A DNA stretch of 64,000 bases from Lytechinus pictus. Lineage: Eukaryota. Position numbers and translations under genes: made by a program. The stretch's first letter is position 1. The number at the start of each line of letters is the position of its first letter. Location: NCBI RefSeq assembly GCF_037042905.1, contig NC_087251.1, positions 15,316,001 through 15,380,000 on the forward strand, given 5' to 3'. Positions 1-13,749 of the stretch are shown in pieces. Below the pieces are notes generated by a model. That model did no database searches, was not told the origin of the DNA, and saw nothing but the letters and a program-made list of their open reading frames with translations.

Positions 1-362
1 TTACTGGTAAATTCTGCCAGACGATAGTTATATGCCCGTTTATGTTCTTTTTGACGTTTGCGTTTGCTAAAAAAAGTGCAGCCATCATCATCCCCAACTT
101 AACCTCTCTTTAACGCAGTGTTAAATGTTCGTGTTATCTTTGAACAAAATTTTAGCTAACACCATTTTCAGAATACCAAATTTCGTGTTATCTTCTTCCC
201 TAACACCGCGTACGGGGGTTGCGCGTTGCGCTCTGCGTATTTCATGACCTGCGCGGTGTTACCACTTGGGCCACGTGTTTTTCATGCTAACACGATTTTC
301 AGAATACCAATCGTGTTAGCTAACACCGTTTTTGTGCTAACACGGTTTTCAGAATACCGCCC
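1..362. mobile_element. Right end of a PIF/Harbinger-type non-autonomous element inserted into the left arm of the foldback element
   Basis: Repeated TTTTCAGAATACC subterminal motifs ending GAATACCGCCC then CTG; same terminus as the element at 48479-49265 (CWG TSD). Confidence 0.6.
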
Positions 363-3300
363 CTGAAGTTTACAAAAATGCATTGCTGCCGGGTTCTATC
401 CATGGTCTTCCCTCCGAAATGACGTAATATATGACGTCACTACAAAATGGCCCTATTTCACCATTTTTTAGACATTCTACACATAGCATGAAGTCAAGGG
501 GAAATATCTCAGCCAAATCATGCTTGTTTTGTATGAAACTTTCAAAATATATTGTTCAAATAGTGCACAGGAAATATGCAAAATTTCACGCACAGAAATT
601 ATTGTTTACATATGCAAATTACGTAATGAAATTCGCATATCATTAGTTTGAGAGATTTCTTGCACAATAATTGTCGAAAATCGAATCAGAAATTTATTTT
701 CTTTTTTAATGTACTTTATTTGATATATTTCCTCTCAAACATAATATCATTCTCTTCATCTTTATCTCTACTTTTAGAAAATATATGCCAGTAATTGGAA
801 ATGACATTATAGACTGTAATTTCAGCCCCCTTTTCAATATGATGCGCACATAGAAATCGTGCGTTTTTGGCCTATTTTCACCATATAGCTGAGGTGTGCG
901 AACGATATGCGTACTTTATTGATGTTTCCTGCATTTTGCATAATATTTAATCTTCCAAACAACATATTTTCATCTCCACTATATCTCTGCTGATTAATAA
1001 ATGATTTCAGCAAAGATTGATTGCCCACTGGGCAGTCTATAGGCTTCGTTTTCAGCCCAGTTTTCAACAATGAACCTATACCATGTATGACTGCATTATT
1101 GTAGTCGAGTCGGAAATGGGAGTTCCTTTGCACCATCATAATATATTTTTTACTCAACGTTTTTGTATTTAGTTAATGAATCTTGATCTTCCCTTTGCAA
1201 AATCGTGTCCAACGGGGTTCAATATTGATATCTTTGGCGGCCCTCTTGGTTTTTTTTTAATGAAAAGTAATTATTTTCATATTTTTTGCACAGAGTGTGA
1301 CAATGGGACAATCTTAAATGAATACGTATTTCACTATGATTCGGATAGTAGAAATCGATTGAATTCGTTTTCTGGACAGCTAATATATTTTGAAATAAAA
1401 TTCATCCCGAAATTGCCATGATTTTGGTCAAAAATTTGCATGTGCATTGATATCTATCTGTTCAATCATTAACATCAACAACTATTGCACAATATCAGCA
1501 TTCGACACGAAAGAGGACATAATATACCGATAATACTGAAACGCTTCATTACAGTATGTATGTCTAAATTTGCTTAGTTAAAGGGCAAATACCATATATT
1601 ACTCGATATTGCGATAAAATGACACCAAAAAGCAACCTCTGTGACAGTATAATTTTTGTCTATCAGCTACATTATAAAGAAATGAGGGCGCAGCAAAGCC
1701 TACCCCCCCCCCTTATGGGACCGCCGGAGTCCCCCATCCTTTTTTCGTATTTTGCCCATTTCTTGGAAAATTCTACATTTTTGGAGCCTCATTAAAGGGA
1801 AAAGATGTTTCTGCTTTGCAGTAAAGGCACTTTTACTGTTGTTTAACCACTTAGGGATAAAAGAGTAGAGTTTTCTCTATCTGCTACATATAAAGAAGTG
1901 CTGGTACAGCAAAGCCTATCCCCTCTGGGGACTGCCAAAGTTACCCACCCTTTTTATGTATTTTATCCATTTACGGGAAAATATGCTAATCTGGAGCCCC
2001 GATTGAGGCAAAAACGTTTCTGATATGGAATAAAGCCACTTTCATTATTTTGAAACTCCATGGAGATAAAAGAGTAGAGTTTCCTCTATCTGCTACATAT
2101 AAAAACGTGCTAGCATATTGAAGCATACCCCCTTTAGGGAGCGTCGAAATCACCCACCCCTTTTTCATATTTAACCTATTTATGGGAAAATGTGCTATTT
2201 TCGAGCCCCCATTGAGGCAAAAAGTGTTGCTGCTATGTAGTAAGGCCACCTTTATTATTTTTAAACTATATGGAGACAAAAGAGTAGAGTTTCCTCTATC
2301 TGCTACATATAAAGGAGTGCTGATACAGCAAAGCCTACCCCCTCTGGGGACTGCTCAAGTTATCCGCCCCTTTTACGTATTTTGCCCATTAATGGGAAAA
2401 TATGCTACTTTGGAGCCCCGATTGAGGCAAAAATGTTTCTGATATGGAATTAAACCACTTTCGTTCTTTTGAAACTATGTGGATACGAAAGAGTAGAGTT
2501 TCCTCTATCTGCTACATATAAAAAAGTGCTAGCATATTGAAGCATACCCCCTTAAGGGAGCGTCGAAATCACCCACCCCTTTTTCATATTTCACCTATTT
2601 ATGGGAAAATGTGCTATTTTCGAGCCCCCATTGAGGCAAAAGGTGTTTCTGCTATGTAGTAAAGCCACTTTTATTGGTTTGAAACTATATGGAGACGAAA
2701 GAGTAGAGTTTTCTCTATCTGCTACATATAAAGGAGTGCTGATACAGCAAAGCCTACCCCCTCTGGGGACTGCTGAAGTTATCCGCCCCTTTTACGTATT
2801 TTGCCCATTAATGGGAAAATATGCTATTTTCGAGCCCCCATTGAGGCAAAAATGTGCTTCTGCTATGTCGTAAAGCCACTTTTATTGCTTTTAAACTATG
2901 TGGATACAAAAGAGTCGAGTTTCCTCTATCTGCTACATATAAAGGAGTGTTGATACAGCAAAGCCTACCCCCTCTAGGGACTGCTGAAGTTATCCGCCCC
3001 TTTTACGTATTTTGCCCATTAATGGGAAAATATGCTATTTTCGAGCCCCCATTGAGGCAAAAAAGTGCTTCTGCTATGTCGTAAAGCCACTTTTATTGCT
3101 TTTAAACTATGTGGATACGAAATAGTCGACATTCCTCTATTTTCTACATATAAAAAAGTGCTGGCATATTAAAGCATACCCCCTAAGTGGGTCGTCGAAA
3201 TCACCTACCCCTTTTCCATATTTCACCTATTTATGAGAAAATGCGCTATTTTCGAGCCCCCATTGAGGCAAAAGGTGTTTCTGCTATGTAGTAAAGCCAC

Positions 3301-6135
3301 TTTTATTGGTTTGAAACCATATGGAGACAAAAGAGTAGAGTTTCCTCTATCTGCTACATATTAAGAAGTGCTGGTACAGCAAAGCCTACCCCATCTCGGG
3401 ACTGCCGAATTTACCCGCCCCTTTTACGTATTTTGCTAATTTATGGGAAAATATGCTATTTTCGAGCCCCCATTGAAGCAAAACGTGTTTCTGCTATGAA
3501 ATAAAACAAATTTTATTGCTTTTAAACTATGTGGATCAGAAAGAGTCGAGTTTCCTCTATCTGCTACATATAAAGAAGTGCTGGCATTTTAAAGCATACC
3601 CTCTTAGGGGGTCGTCGAAATCACCAACCCTTTTCCATGTTTTACCTATTAATGGGAAAATGCTATTTTCGAGCCCCCATTGAGGCAAAAAGTTTTGCTG
3701 CTATGTTGTAAGGCAAATTGTTATTGTTTTTAAACTATATGGAGACGAAAGAGTAGAGTTTCCTCTATCTGCTACATCTAAAGAAGTGTTGGCATATTGG
3801 AGCATATGCCCTTAGGGGTCGCCGAAATCCCCCACCCCTTTTCCATATTTTACCTATTTATGGGAAAATGCTATTTTCGAGCCCCCATAGAGGCAAAAAA
3901 TGTTTCTGCTATATAGTAAAGCCAGTTTTATTCTTTTGAAACTACGTGGAATTAAATGAGTAGGCTTTCTTCTACCTGCTGCTAAAAAGTGGTTGCACAG
4001 CAAAGCCTATCCCCTCTGGGGGTTCCCAAAGTCACCCACCCCTTTTCCATATTTTTTCCAATATATGGGAAAATCTGTCAATCTTGGAGCCTCTGAAGAA
4101 GGAAGAAGTCGATATGCCAGCACTCTTTTTACTTTTTTTTATGTAGCTGATAGAAAAAAGCCTATTCTTTTATTTCCAAGTGGTTTCCAAAATCAAAACT
4201 AGCATAACTATATAGCAGAAATGACCTTTTGCCTGAATGGGGGCTCAAACACTGCAATTTTTCCAATAAAGAGGGAAAATAGACGTAAAAGTTGGAAGAG
4301 TTCGGCAGCCCCTGAAGGGGGAATGCTTCATTGTGCTACCACATTTTTATATGTAACTGATAAAGAAGATCATACTTTGTCATCTTTATGTGCTTACAAA
4401 ACAAAAACAAGGGCTTTACTGCAAGGCAGAAACACCTTTTGCCTCAATGGTTCTCCAAAATGACGAATTTTCCGAGAAATTGGCAAAATACAAAAAAGGA
4501 TTGGGTGACTTTGGCAGCCCCCTGAGGGGTAGGCTTTGCTATGCCCTAACTTCTTTATATGTAGCTGATAGAAAAACACCTACTCTTTTGTCTCTAAGTG
4601 ATTTAAAAGAAAAAAAATACATACCCAAAACAAAATTTTGCCACATTGGGGGCTCCGAAAAGCACGATATCATAATAGTCAAGCTACGGATAAGGGTGTG
4701 GTATGTAACCTTCTACTGGCTCTTGTGGGACTATGCTTTAAGGTGCCCGAAAGTAATTGCATGCAAAATGAAAACGCAGAGCAATGCCTCGATCCTCTAT
4801 CTTTTTCAAGAGATTTCATTATTATAAAAGTTGCTTTGTGTAGAAAATGCCTTTTACCCTCATACACATGATACAAGTAATACATACCTTTCTATCGATC
4901 GCTAAGCACGTTACATGACTTTTCTGCATGTTAGGCACATCAACAAATGCAATGCAAGATAAAACAGATAGATGTCAATGCACATTATTATTTTGGTTCA
5001 ATTATATTTATAAATTCTTGGTTTTTTTTTCAAAATATATTATTACAGAAAACAATTTCAACCGATTTCTACTATCCAAATCATACTGAAATGCGTATTT
5101 ATTTAAGATTGTCCCATTGTCAGACTCAGACAAATAATTGATTTTTATTTTAAAAAAAGTCCAAGAGGGCCGCAAAAGATATCAATTTTGAACCCCGTTG
5201 GACACGATTTTGCAAAGAGAACATCAAGATTCAATAACTAGACACTTCAGGCAAATACAAAAACGTTGAGTGAAAAATATTTTGATGGTAGACAGGAACC
5301 CCCTTTTCCGACTTGACCACAACGATGCAGTCATACATGGTATAGGTTCGTTGTTGAAAACTAGGCTGAAAACGTAGCCTATAGACTGCCCAGTGGGCAA
5401 TCAATCTTTGCTGAAGTAATTTATTTATCAGCAGAGACATAATAAAGATGAAAATATGTTGTTTGGAAGATTTAATATCATGCAAAATGCAGGAAACATC
5501 AATAAAGTGGGCATATCGTTTGCACACCTCAGCTATATGATAAAAATAGGCCAAAAACGCATGATTTCTATGTGCGCATCATATTGAAAAGGGGGCTGAA
5601 ATCACAGTCTATAATGTCATTTCCAATTACTGGCATATATTTTCTAAAAGTAGAGATAAAGATGAAGAGAATGATATTATGTTTGAGAGGAAATATATTA
5701 AATAAAGTACATTAAAAAAGAAAATAAATTTTTGATTCGATTTTCGACAATTTTTGATGCAAGAAATCTCCCAAACTAATGATATGCAAATTTCATTACG
5801 TAATTTGCATATGTAAACAATAATTTCTGTTCGTGAAATTTTGCATATTTCCTGTGCACTATTTGAACAATATATTTTGAAAGTTTCATACAAAACAAGC
5901 ATGATTTGGCTGAGATATTTCCCCTTGACTTCATGCTATGTGTAGAATGTCTAAAAAATGGTGAAATAGGGCCATTTTGTAGTGACGTCATATATTACGT
6001 CATTTCGGAGGGAAGACCACGGATAGAACCCGGCAGCAATGCATTTTTGTAAACTTCAGGGTCCATGCCATCCAGCTATGGGGTCATTTGCTTGTCCGGC
6101 TTTCGGTTGAATAAACCTCCTGGGCTGCCGGACTA
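363..6135. mobile_element. Foldback-type non-autonomous DNA transposon with >1 kb inverted arms (possibly Academ-like)
   Basis: 363-~1560 is the reverse complement of ~4890-6059 (mirror ORFs 431..646+ / 5776..5991-). Right arm extends to ...GCCGGACTA (5'-TAGTCCGG on the minus strand). No transposase ORF. Confidence 0.8.
1650..4660. repeat. ~210-bp tandem satellite inside the foldback element (about 12 forward units, about 3 inverted units)
   Basis: AGAGTAGAGTTTCCTCTATCTGCTACATA recurs at about 1863, 2071, 2281, 2490, 2700, 2911, 3121, 3332, 3542, 3750, 3957; reverse-complement units near 4141, 4351, 4560. Confidence 0.93.
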
Positions 6136-6244
6136 CTTAGAGCACCTACATTTCTTAACACCAAAATATAGACATCATAATTTGAAACAAAAATTTTATA
6201 GACTTCAATTTTGTCCCGTTTTTTTTAATATGCACTGTATAGTA

Positions 6245-6315
6245 GTAATGATGACCATAATGATGATGATGATGATGATGATGATGATGGTAATGATGAT
6301 TGTATTGATAATGAT
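6245..6315. repeat. (GAT)n microsatellite
   Basis: Direct reading. Confidence 0.9.
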
Positions 6316-8761
6316 GGCAAGACAATAAATACAATCAAACATCTACATGTATACCACTAATGACAATGTAATTCATACCATGTGCATATACACCACTTGT
6401 TCACTGCAACCACCCTGCCTGTAGGGAATCCACAGGTTGGACTATGGCATGCCAATGCTGTACAGAGCACACTCTTTAAAAATGATTAAAATATCACTTT
6501 TGTGACCAAAAATAATTTTTGTATTCACTATAGCGCTCAAAAACTTGAATATTGGGCATATTTTTGTGTACGCCCTCTATTGGTGGAAAATAATATGGCA
6601 AGAAAATGTTCATTTTTTAATCTCTATTTTAATTAAGAAAAAAATAATTTAAAGAATCAAATTTACTTAAGGGCCAAGTTGTATGACGAATAGGTTAATG
6701 GAAACTGTCAGTGTAAAAAAATCAAGCATTTGTCCCAAAGAAAAAGAGAAAATAAGCCAAACATTGCCATCCTTATTTTGCCACACATGGAGATATAACT
6801 GAGAACAAGGTTATATCATAACCTTGTTCATTGAATGAGTGATATACACTAGTGCATGCAATAACAAGATTATACACAACGCATTTTTAATAAGACACTA
6901 AAAAATATTAGAGGTATTCCTACCAGATATTCATTTTTTAACCTGGGTCGAAAGTGGCAAACACAGATTAACGTTTTACTGAAGGAAATATACTGCTCAA
7001 CCATTTAGTTAAATGTTTTGGGACATACATACACTAGACCAACACATACTAATTCTATTGTGCATGGAATTTAATAGTTGCATATTGAAATGCGCTTATT
7101 TCTTCCTGCATGATCCAAGGCCCAAATGAAGATTGTGAATATAATTGTAATGAATGTATTAAGGTGTGTTTATGAACCTATATTAGAAATAAGCTATTAA
7201 ATACAGATTATTTCATATTTAATAATCTGTAAATTCCTTATGGTATCTAAAATGCACCACACTCTGAATTTTAGAAATACCTTTCAAACATACATTAATT
7301 TACATTATCGATACTGTACATAGTTACAAGGTTATCCACTCATCTCTTACTAAAGACATATCCTTTATTTGCTTTCATCTGCTACATTGTACCATTCTCT
7401 ATATCGTTATGAATTCAAAAGCTGTTTTAAAAGTTTCATTTCAGTTTAAAAGAAAAGAAAATTCAATGCAAGAGAAAATATCAGTATGCAAAAATTCTGT
7501 GTGATTAACATTTCTCTTTCTAATTTCCCTGAGTTTTCAATTGTTTAGATATGTGATGGAATCATGATTACATATTAATGATAATCAGTGTGTATGTATG
7601 TGTTTTTAATGGCTTGGAACAGAATGAGACAGAATAAATGATTGCAAAAATTAATTTGAAAATTTTTTGTTTAATTTTAGGCTATTTTTTAAAAACTGTT
7701 TAGAAGAAGTTGCGATGGGTTTTAATTGATATGATGATACACTTTTCAATTCTACACATATGGCCTAAATTAGAGCCATGTTGCTTTGAAGTTATTAATA
7801 TGATCAACTGTCATCCAATGGTAACTTCCATGAAATCCTTCATTTTGATTGGCCGCTGAGCATTGTTGATGGCAAAGTTACTATGATTGTGTAAAGTTGT
7901 TAAGTTTGCGAAACGGCTCTGATCTGCTTTGCTCTTGAGATGTCATAAGATACATGTAGTTTGATAATGCAGTGGCAAAAAAAACATGCTTTAGTTGCTA
8001 GGTTAAAGAATATTGAAAGAGACATTTAAAGAAATGTTGATAATGTTGCCAATAGCAATGTTATATACAAATAGTAAGATCAAAGTTTGTCAAGACGAAG
8101 GAATCTTGTCTTGATATATGAAACCCTCATGCATGGTGATGCAAAGTGACTGCATTCTTTCATCCAGTACCACCCTAAAGTGTGGAAATGCTTTGATGTA
8201 ATGTACATTGATGAAAGCGCCAGCAGATTAATGAATTATTTTGTCTAACTGCCCAATGCTCAAGCCATTGCAATAGCAATTTATGTGCTCTCTTCCATGC
8301 ATGCATTTTTCAATAATCATGAATGCATTTTTCAATAATCATGAATGCATTTATGATATTTTTTTAGTACAAATTATCTAAATATGGGAATGTTGACAAT
8401 TTAGGTTCATGATAAAATCTGAAATGATGAAGGATGATACAGAAGTTTTCATTAATTCTAAACTATCTAAAACGTTTTGAAATCTTTCTTTTGTCAAATT
8501 TATCTCATGAATTGAGAGCAAACATGTCCATGTTTAAACCATTGAATAAATTAGTCATTATGAATTGAAAATTTGATAATGGATATAATCTAGTGAGGGA
8601 TGTTTTACATGCATTTGCATGTGTATTGCATAATGCATTTTCCAACTTCCAGTATCAAAGGCTCTTAACCCATGGAATGTGAAACTCTCTAATTTCCATA
8701 GACTTTCTATCTTTCTCAATCATGAATTGTATTTGATTTTTTGTAATTGTTTTTCTTTCAG

Positions 8762-8841
8762 GTGAGCCAAGCGACATGGTATTCTGTTCTCTCAAGCTCG
8801 GTATATCACTGCTGAGGGGAGGCAATGAATTGGTTCAGAGG
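8762..8841 (+). CDS. RyR: RyR exon: (G)EPSDMVFCSLKLGISLLRGGNELVQR
   Basis: ttttctttcag acceptor, GTTAGT donor; matches RyR LKLGISILNGGN..VQ. Confidence 0.93.
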
Positions 8842-9470
8842 GTTAGTGTTTTCAGAATGAACAAAATATTAAAGTTTTACTAAGAAGTGTGTTTGATTCA
8901 ATCAATCTCAACTATGGAAAGCCAGCAGTGTCATTATTCTGTCACTTATCCCTTTGTAAACAAGAAGGTTCATGTTGATACACAAACAATATATTCAGAG
9001 GGTATTGTTTGAAAGGTCATATGCATTCCAGGTGATGATGATCTCACTGGCTTTCCATGATTAAGATTGATCAATCATCCTCCTTTGTTAGGTCTGGCCC
9101 AGTTTATTGACAAAACTAACAATTAATTCAGCAGAAGATGGCATATATCTGCTCTGATGACAATACATTGCATCTCAGATAAATGCCAAATGTTCAGAAG
9201 AGTAAACAAAAAACATGGCTGCCATTATGCAATATCCTTTGGGATAGTCTTTCCTTCGTCATGGTAGAGAAATAGGATTTTGACAGGACATGACATGATA
9301 CTTTATCAAATCTTTACAAAAAGGATTTTATGATCAATGTTTTTTACACAATAATTTCATGTAGCTTTATTTGAACTACGCTTTATTTGAACTACACATA
9401 TACAAATTTCATATACCCAAATATTCAATATTATGCATATTTGATAAAATGTTATCTGTTTTTCTACCAG

Positions 9471-9547
9471 AAAATGCTTGAACATCTTCAGGACAAGATG
9501 GATGTTGGGTTCTTCACCAGTGTGGCTGAGCTCATGGAGAAATGCAC
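9471..9547 (+). CDS. RyR: RyR exon: KMLEHLQDKMDVGFFTSVAELMEKC(T)
   Basis: ctaccag / GTAAGT; phase 0->2. Confidence 0.95.
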
Positions 9548-10120
9548 GTAAGTATCTTCTTCTTTCTTAATTATTCAACTTTTCTCATGATATATTGTTA
9601 AGTTCAATTTTCATGATGTCATGTTATTGTATATCAATGATGTGTAGAAATCCAATGTTCACCTGCACTTTTATTTAATTTGTTTTTAAAAAAAAACAAT
9701 GTGAACATAGAATAAAGCATGAAACACAATGGAAACTATAATGTGTAAGTTTTACTTTCACACAATTAAAATATTTGTATATTAAAAAAGAACAACATCC
9801 ACATGAACATCAAAAGGACTTTTGATCATGTACAGTATGTTTTATTTTTTATTTTTCATTTTTTATTTTATTTTTATTTCTCCTCAAGAGCATTTATTAA
9901 AGCATCATTGGCTGTCTGAAGTTGTTCAAACATGTATTTACATGGAAACCGTCTTTTTTATTGAGAAAGTAATCACTCTCCCATTTTAGTTGTAAATGAA
10001 TATGTTTCTAAGCTATATATTTCTTAATTGTTTTCTTGTTGAATAGAATTAATTAGATTGTTTTCTTGCTTGAGATACAATGTTAATGTACGTAGGAAAA
10101 CCTTCATATACCTTCTCCAG

Positions 10121-10194
10121 AGTCCTAGATCTGGAAGCATTTGAGAGGTACAACAAAGCTGAAGGTTTGGGCGTGACTTCTGGAGAAAACGCAG
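10121..10194 (+). CDS. RyR: RyR exon: VLDLEAFERYNKAEGLGVTSGENA(G)
   Basis: ctccag / GTAGGG; phase 2->1. Confidence 0.95.
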
Positions 10195-10540
10195 GTAGGG
10201 AAACATATCTAAAGTCAGGGAAATATATTGATATGAACAATAATCAAGGTTTTTTGTTTGCATTTGTAGAGAGAGCATGCCGTTTTGAACAAGTGTCTAA
10301 GGAAGTTTGGATGTTAGTCCATTGTTTACATTTTAAGATAAAATGTCTTCAGATTGTTTTTTAAAGAAACTTTAACAATATAGATAATGTAGATAAGAGT
10401 TATGTTTGATTGTGTTTTTTCCTTATGTTCAAATCATGTGACATGATAGTGGCACCGAAACAATCTTAGCGGACAAAAGATTGAAGAGTGAAATTAGTGT
10501 GTGTTAACAATAGTTTGTGTTCCACACCTTTTATTTTGAT

Positions 10541-10836
10541 GGTGTTTCATACAGCTGTTTGCCCATGATTTTACTCACGACTGATAACCTGTTCTCGACT
10601 GCCAAATCAGCAAAGCCTATATTCTCATTAATTTTTATTGCAGTCTGCTAAAGCTGTTGTTACCAAGCATCCAAATGTAAAGTTTATTAATGGTCAAAAT
10701 TTGATAATGTTTGGAAGACCACTTCCCAAAGTCAGTACAGGAAAATTGGGGGTATTTCTTAGAGTGCAAGGACAGGTCACCACTTCTTCTTAAAGTTGTT
10801 CATAATTTGCGTTAACTAATAGCTCTATGAAACACC
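10541..10836. mobile_element. Degenerate MITE related to 34325-34516
   Basis: GGTGTTTCATACAGCT ... AGCTCTATGAAACACC inverted ends. Confidence 0.5.
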
Positions 10837-11760
10837 AGAATTTACTGTTACTCAATGCAGTGTTTGTGGGAATACTAGATTAGTGTTTTATTGACCATGT
10901 TAAGCTTGTTAGAGCATGTATGCACAAGTTTCACATCTATCTCCAGACAAATAACTTTGGATAGATAGGTAGATAAATTTATTAATGTTTTTTAATGCTT
11001 TGACCTCAAGTAGAAATCCTGGTGAATATAATGATAAATGGATGAAAAGAAACTCATGATAAAGAAAAAGATAGATATAAGAAAAATAAACTCTTTTGTG
11101 AATTAATTTAATTGATCAATAACCAACTACAAAATCAAATTGTGTAGAATGATAAAATAATGTACACTGTATGAATGAATAGTTAAATGCTAAGAGAAGT
11201 AATAAAAGGAACATTTTGATTATGTTTAGCTTCTTTATGCATTCACTTGAGGAATAATTTGAATTGGTTTTTTGGTGAATTAAAGAAATAACTTTTAAAG
11301 GAGAAGAAAATTCAAAGAAAACAGATTAATTGGCATATTTATCAAACCAACAAATCTATAAATGAATAGATAAATAAATAGATGAATAAAGATGAATAAG
11401 TAAATTAGAACAAATGAATTAAGTTATGGTAAATTGTCACATTACTATGTGAAGTTCTAAGAATGAGTATATTTTCCAAGCATTTTCCACTAATCTTTCT
11501 GGTATTTTGAGCACCTGAAAATGTTTTGAATGGTGTGAGTTTGACATACATTTCCATTACCTCAAATTAAAATTAGTTTTCAGCAAGATAGGAAACATCA
11601 TAGGTTTGAATAAGTTATGTGAGCCTGTCATGTTTTTATGAATTGAAACACAAATATAATCCATCCCATTTCTATAGGATGTGATATTTTCACCTTCTAT
11701 TGATAGGAAAGTTAATACTTTAATAATAGCAGTGCTAGACGTTTAGCACAGCTTTACCAA

Positions 11761-12045
11761 TGACGGTGGCATCATCAACATTAAAATCTTAACCTAAGGT
11801 TAAGTTTTTGAAACGCCATCATAATTCAGAAAGTATATGGACCCAGTTCATGAAACTTAAACAGAAGAGTAATCCAAGTATCACTGAACATCCTGTGTAC
11901 GTTTAAGGTCACATGGTCAAGGTCAAAGGTCATTTAGGGTCAATGAACTTAGATTATATTGGGGGAATCAAAATAAAATCTTAACCAAGGTTAAGTTTTT
12001 GAAATGCCATCATAACTTTTAGAGAAAGTATATGGACCGAATGAA
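11761..12045 (+). mobile_element. Truncated copy of the Helentron-associated element at 29721-30672
   Basis: Shares AAATCTTAACCTAAGGTTAAG...CAAGGTCAAAGGTCATTTAGGGTCAATGAACTT unit. Confidence 0.8.
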
Positions 12046-13364
12046 TTTGAATGTCATTTTTCAATTTGAACAGTAAAATAGTGGCTATATACACTCTTGC
12101 AAATTGTGGAATGAATTTATAGATTTCATAATCCCCCCTCTTGATTTTATGGTAGCTGTGTGAAAGAATCTGATCAACTTGTAGAATATTAGGGTGCAAT
12201 AATCATATTTTTGTGTTTATGTTTCATTTGATTTTCCCCTTTAGCATGTAAAATCTACACATTTGTTGTAATTCTGTAATTTTTGTAAACTTGATAAGTG
12301 ATTAATATGTGTTTCTTGTAATTTTGTAAACTACCACTTTTTTTCTTATGGTTAATTGAAACCTGTTATTTGTATCTGAATTAAATTATGTACATATCAT
12401 AGGTAACATATAGTACAATAATGTTTAGAATCTAGTTAAAGAAGGTATTTGAAGGTATTGTTTATTGTCAAAGTTTGTCATACCATGCTTGACTAGAAAT
12501 ACTTGTCAGAAAGAAGAAAATAATTTTATCATTTTGTGTAACACTGCCAACTGAAGTATAAATTATCATACTTGAAATAAACATGCATTTTGACAATTTC
12601 TTGGGGAAACATCAATAATTACTTTCTCGAACAACTCTCTTGAAGAGCAATTACCTCACATCTATATTTGCACCTGTTATAAGAGAGTTGATTTATGGAA
12701 GTGGAGGTAACTACTCAAAATTTTGGATCAATTGGTTCTTGTAGATAGATAGGTTACCATTAGGCCATGATGTCCATGAAGTCATACTTCTTTCATTCTG
12801 CTTAAAATAGGTGCAAAAGGGCAGTGATAGATTGATAAAGAATTTGTCCATTTGGAAAGCATTTCATGAAAGGACTTGTCTGATGTTTTATCAACATATC
12901 ACCAGTCAAAACACCTGTGCTTCATAGCCAATCAAAATTAAAGAAAGTTTTCTTATCAGGCAACAAATAATGAAGGAAACACCCTCTGGGTCTCCTCTGC
13001 TTCAATTTTGCTCTTCAGCATAATATTGCACAAGTACATGTACCTGATAATATTACAACATAAAACAAAACCAAATGAAAACAAGGATCACATGACTTCA
13101 TTGGCTGTCAGTCATACTTGTTTAAGGAGTTTCAGTGATTTTTCCCCATGAGTTCTGGTAGGTGACATTGCAGCTCTGGAATTTTCTCACTGAGGAGTTC
13201 CTCTGTTTACTTTCTCCCTTTCTTTCTTTTATTTCCTTTGGCAGGGGGGCATAGTTTGCTGAATATCAAATCATAAATTTACGTGATCATGTTTTCTTAT
13301 TAGATGCCAAAATTCTTGTACTTGTCACATTACTTACAGAAGGACAACAAAACAATACCTTTAT

Positions 13365-13519
13365 TGCACAGTCACATTCCCCCTACGGCGACTAAAAATG
13401 ACAGTCGTTTTAACATTTTTTGTACCAGCTACATATAGGTGGTTTGAATAAAAATGAATAAAATTACTGTTTTTGACTCATGTTACGGTCGCTATAGGGG
13501 AATGGTGACTGCAGCATAA
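13365..13519. mobile_element. Short Tourist-like MITE (copy 1)
   Basis: CAGTCACATTCCCCCTAC ... ATAGGGGAATGGTGACTG inverted ends; homologous copy in opposite orientation at ~34152-34307. Confidence 0.7.
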
Positions 13520-13728
13520 ATGCAGAAATTTAAAGGACCTAGAGGCATGTTTTGCTTATTAATTCAGATCCTCCCTTTATTATCTTTCCATGTTTTTTTC
13601 TTCTCTTTATTTTATTATATGTTAAAATTCCCTCGTTTACGTTGATATTGTGTTTGATTTGTTTTCAATCCAATATTTTGTTGATATTTTACCCCTTCGT
13701 CTTTGTGCCCCCTGCAAACCATAAACAG

Positions 13729-13749
13729 GCTGTGATGGACTTAGAGCAG
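13729..13749 (+). CDS. RyR: Candidate alternatively spliced 21-nt RyR microexon: (G)CDGLRA(G)
   Basis: Long pyrimidine-rich tract + aaacag acceptor, CAG|GTAAAA donor, phase 1->1, no stop, at the site homologous to RyR1 ASII. Confidence 0.65.

Noticed and set aside
1986..4885. Repeated ORFs (MGKCAIFEPPLRQK...) as a repeat-protein gene
   Set aside because: These are translations of the 210-bp satellite, with frequent indels and stops and no maintained frame.
431..5991. Duplicated 71-aa ORF on opposite strands as a gene pair
   Set aside because: By-product of the inverted arms; no recognisable domain or splice context.
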